The notes under the pieces: generated by a model | Database searches by the model: none | What the model saw: the letters and a program-made list of their open reading frames with translations, nothing else | What the model was told of the DNA's origin: nothing | In this document: positions 30,301-32,000 of the stretch, piece by piece | How the letters are laid out: each line of letters starts with the position of its first letter | Numbering within the stretch: position 1 is the stretch's first letter | From: Halorhodospira halophila SL1 | GTDB lineage: Bacteria > Pseudomonadota > Gammaproteobacteria > Nitrococcales > Halorhodospiraceae | Length of the DNA stretch: 32,000 bases | Direction of reading: 5' to 3' | Assembly (NCBI RefSeq): GCF_000015585.1 | Contig: NC_008789.1 | Location: 2,460,001-2,492,000, forward strand | Position numbers and translations under genes: made by a program

Positions 30301-31740
30301 TCAGCCCCGCGCCGTGGGCCGCAGACGCCCGCGCCCGCGGTCCGGCACCATGCGGCCGAAGTAGAGGAAGCCCAGGGCGAGCCAGGCCAGGGTGATGACC
30401 GCGGCCAGGATCAGCACCGGAACCGGCCCGAACTGGTAGATCAAGGGCAGCGACGCAGCGGTGAACAACCCACCGCCGACGATGGGCTCAAAGAGCAGCT
30501 GCTTGTAGCCGAAGCTCTCCAGGGCGCCGGAGCGGTTATTGGGGTCGGCCATGCGCATGAGCAGCACGCCGGTGACCGTCACGCCCATCGATTGACCGAA
30601 GTCCCCCACACCACGCTCGAACCAGTCGAAGGGGATGACCCGCGGGGCGATCACCACCAGCACGAACAGCGACCAGGCGATCCCCGTGGCGGCGAGCAGC
30701 AGGAAAGGCACCAGGTGCTCACCCAGGGCGGTCAGCGACAGGGTGGCCAGGGCGGCCACGATGGTGAAATCCAGTGCCGTGCCGGAGATCCGCGACATGG
30801 TCCGTTCCGATACGTACTCGGCGTAGCCGGCCCGGGTGATGAGCACCTGGAGCAATACGCCGCCGAGCATGGCCATGGGGAACAGCGGCACGTGCTGGAG
30901 GATCTCGACACCGCCGTCCCGGGCCCAGGTCACCGCCTCGAACCACTGCAGGGCCGAGAGCATGCCCCACCCCAGGACGACCGCCAGGGCCACCAGGCCG
31001 AGGTGGACGGTGAGCGGATCGGTGGTCTGACTCTCCTGCTGGCGGTCGCGGCGCAGCACGTAGAGCTCGCGCTCGCTGAAGCGATCCTGGTCGCCACCCG
31101 GCCCGTGACCGTTCTCCGGGTTGTCGATAATCCCCCGGCGCACCGCCAGGTTGATCAGGATGGTACCGACCACGACGCCACCGACCAGACCCACCGTGGC
31201 CAGCCCCAGGGCCAGGTCCGCACCGGCGGCGAAGCCCAGATCCTCAAAGGTCCCGGCCATCCCGGCGGCCGTGCCGTGGCCACCTTCGAAGCCGATCTCG
31301 ATCAACGCGCCGGCCATGGGGCTGAGACCGAAGACCGGCGTCAACACCAACAGCGCCAGCAGGATACCGACCACGTACTGCCCCCACGCCATGGTCTGCC
31401 CGACCACCACCTGGGGACCGGCCCGCAGCCAGATCTCGCGCACCCCGGGCAACGGCTTGCCGAGAAACAGTGCGGCGAAGACCACGCTGATCAGCAGGCC
31501 GGGGATGGCCGACCAGGTCTGATAGACGTAGTCCGGGAAGAGGCCCGCCCCGTCCTCGAACGGGCTGTCCATGAAACGGCCCAGCACCTCCGGGCCCAGC
31601 AGCAGCCCCGCGGCACCGGCGATGATCGAGGCGGGCAGGAACAGCCTCCGCGCCCAGAGTGTGTAAGCCCGCAGCACCGCGCTGGCCAGGACCAGCAGGC
31701 AGAGCAGCAGGATGGCGAGCAGGATCTCGGCAACGGCCAT
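30301..31740 (-). CDS. gltS: Sodium/glutamate symporter family (GltS-like) membrane transporter
   Basis: 479 aa and polytopic. IEIGFEGGHGTAAGMAGTFEDLGF and DFGQSMGVTVTGVLLMRMADP align by eye with the E. coli GltS segments SGGHGTGAAW...YGF and GHCGFGLGATPTAIANMQA. Confidence 0.75.
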   Translation of the reverse strand: MAVAEILLAILLLCLLVLASAVLRAYTLWARRLFLPASIIAGAAGLLLGPEVLGRFMDSPFEDGAGLFPDYVYQTWSAIPGLLISVVFAALFLGKPLPGVREIWLRAGPQVVVGQTMAWGQYVVGILLALLVLTPVFGLSPMAGALIEIGFEGGHGTAAGMAGTFEDLGFAAGADLALGLATVGLVGGVVVGTILINLAVRRGIIDNPENGHGPGGDQDRFSERELYVLRRDRQQESQTTDPLTVHLGLVALAVVLGWGMLSALQWFEAVTWARDGGVEILQHVPLFPMAMLGGVLLQVLITRAGYAEYVSERTMSRISGTALDFTIVAALATLSLTALGEHLVPFLLLAATGIAWSLFVLVVIAPRVIPFDWFERGVGDFGQSMGVTVTGVLLMRMADPNNRSGALESFGYKQLLFEPIVGGGLFTAASLPLIYQFGPVPVLILAAVITLAWLALGFLYFGRMVPDRGRGRLRPTARG

Positions 31741-31814
31741 CGTGAGTCACCCCCGTTTGACACGACCCCGCATCCTACGAGGGCCGCGCCCCTCAGGGCC
31801 AGAGGGAGAGGCCC

Positions 31815-32000
31815 TTAGGTACCGGCGGCGAACTGCTCCATCGCCCAGGCGACCCGCTCCTCGGGCGTATGGTGCCGGCGCTCCAGGGCTTCGACGGCGC
31901 GCAGACGGGGCAGCAGCCCGCAACCGTTGGCGATCTGCACCGACAGGCCAGGGCGGGCGTTGAGTTCCAGCAGCTGCGGGCCACGATCACGGTCCAGGAC
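31815..32000 (-). CDS. 3' end of a RimK-like ATP-grasp ligase (alpha-L-glutamate ligase-like); 5' part lies outside the window
   Basis: This ORF is not in the ORF track because it has no start in the window. The frame is open from base 32000 to the TAA at 31817-31815 and translates to VLDRDRGPQLLELNARPGLSVQIANGCGLLPRLRAVEALERRHHTPEERVAWAMEQFAAGT. The ELNARPGLSxQIAN string is typical of the C-terminus of RimK-related ATP-grasp enzymes as I recall them. Confidence 0.5.
   Translation of the reverse strand, partial: VLDRDRGPQLLELNARPGLSVQIANGCGLLPRLRAVEALERRHHTPEERVAWAMEQFAAGT

Overview
This is a very GC-rich, tightly packed chromosomal segment; codon third positions are almost all G/C. Gene content looks like core genome of a Gammaproteobacterium: ponA divergent from a pilM-like gene, aroK-aroB, rfaH, and kdkA/hldE LPS-core genes. 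The exact taxon cannot be determined from the sequence alone. I support 26 protein-coding genes, two of them truncated by the window edges, plus one candidate 26-codon leader ORF. In order they are: tex (partial), a giant tandem UvrA-like ATPase, glcB, a DUF1499 membrane protein, a stand-alone MgtE_N-domain protein, Cys-less L31 type B, gltA, a hypothetical gene co-oriented with ponA, ponA/mrcA, a fused PilM-N-O-like protein, a minimal secretin, dgt, aroB, aroK, kdkA, a GT9 heptosyltransferase-family gene, hldE, DUF2721, an orphan protein, a zf-CHCC protein, rfaH, a DUF218/ElyC-like protein, priA, a DnaJ-related protein, a GltS-family symporter, and the 3' end of a RimK-like ATP-grasp gene. 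I see no rRNA, tRNA, CRISPR array, IS element or phage/integrase signature. The many long ORFs on the opposite strand of these genes are high-GC mirror-frame artefacts. Four things deserve a second look. (1) A single 1896-codon ORF encodes two non-equivalent UvrA-like units with four ABC modules in total. (2) At the conserved ponA-adjacent locus there is a collapsed type IV pilus/competence-like module. PilM-, PilN- and PilO-like parts are fused in one polypeptide, and the following secretin lacks N0/AMIN regions. No pilP is present, dgt is translationally coupled to the secretin, and aroK-aroB is inverted. (3) A near-consensus promoter is followed by a roughly 175-nt structured leader upstream of the MgtE_N-only gene. 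The leader contains a Shine-Dalgarno-preceded 26-codon ORF and mutually exclusive helices around the main start codon. (4) Gene junctions are unusually compact: two CTAG stop-stop overlaps between convergent genes and a possible CATG start-start overlap between priA and its divergent neighbour. All functional calls come from motif recognition by eye, and no database search was run.
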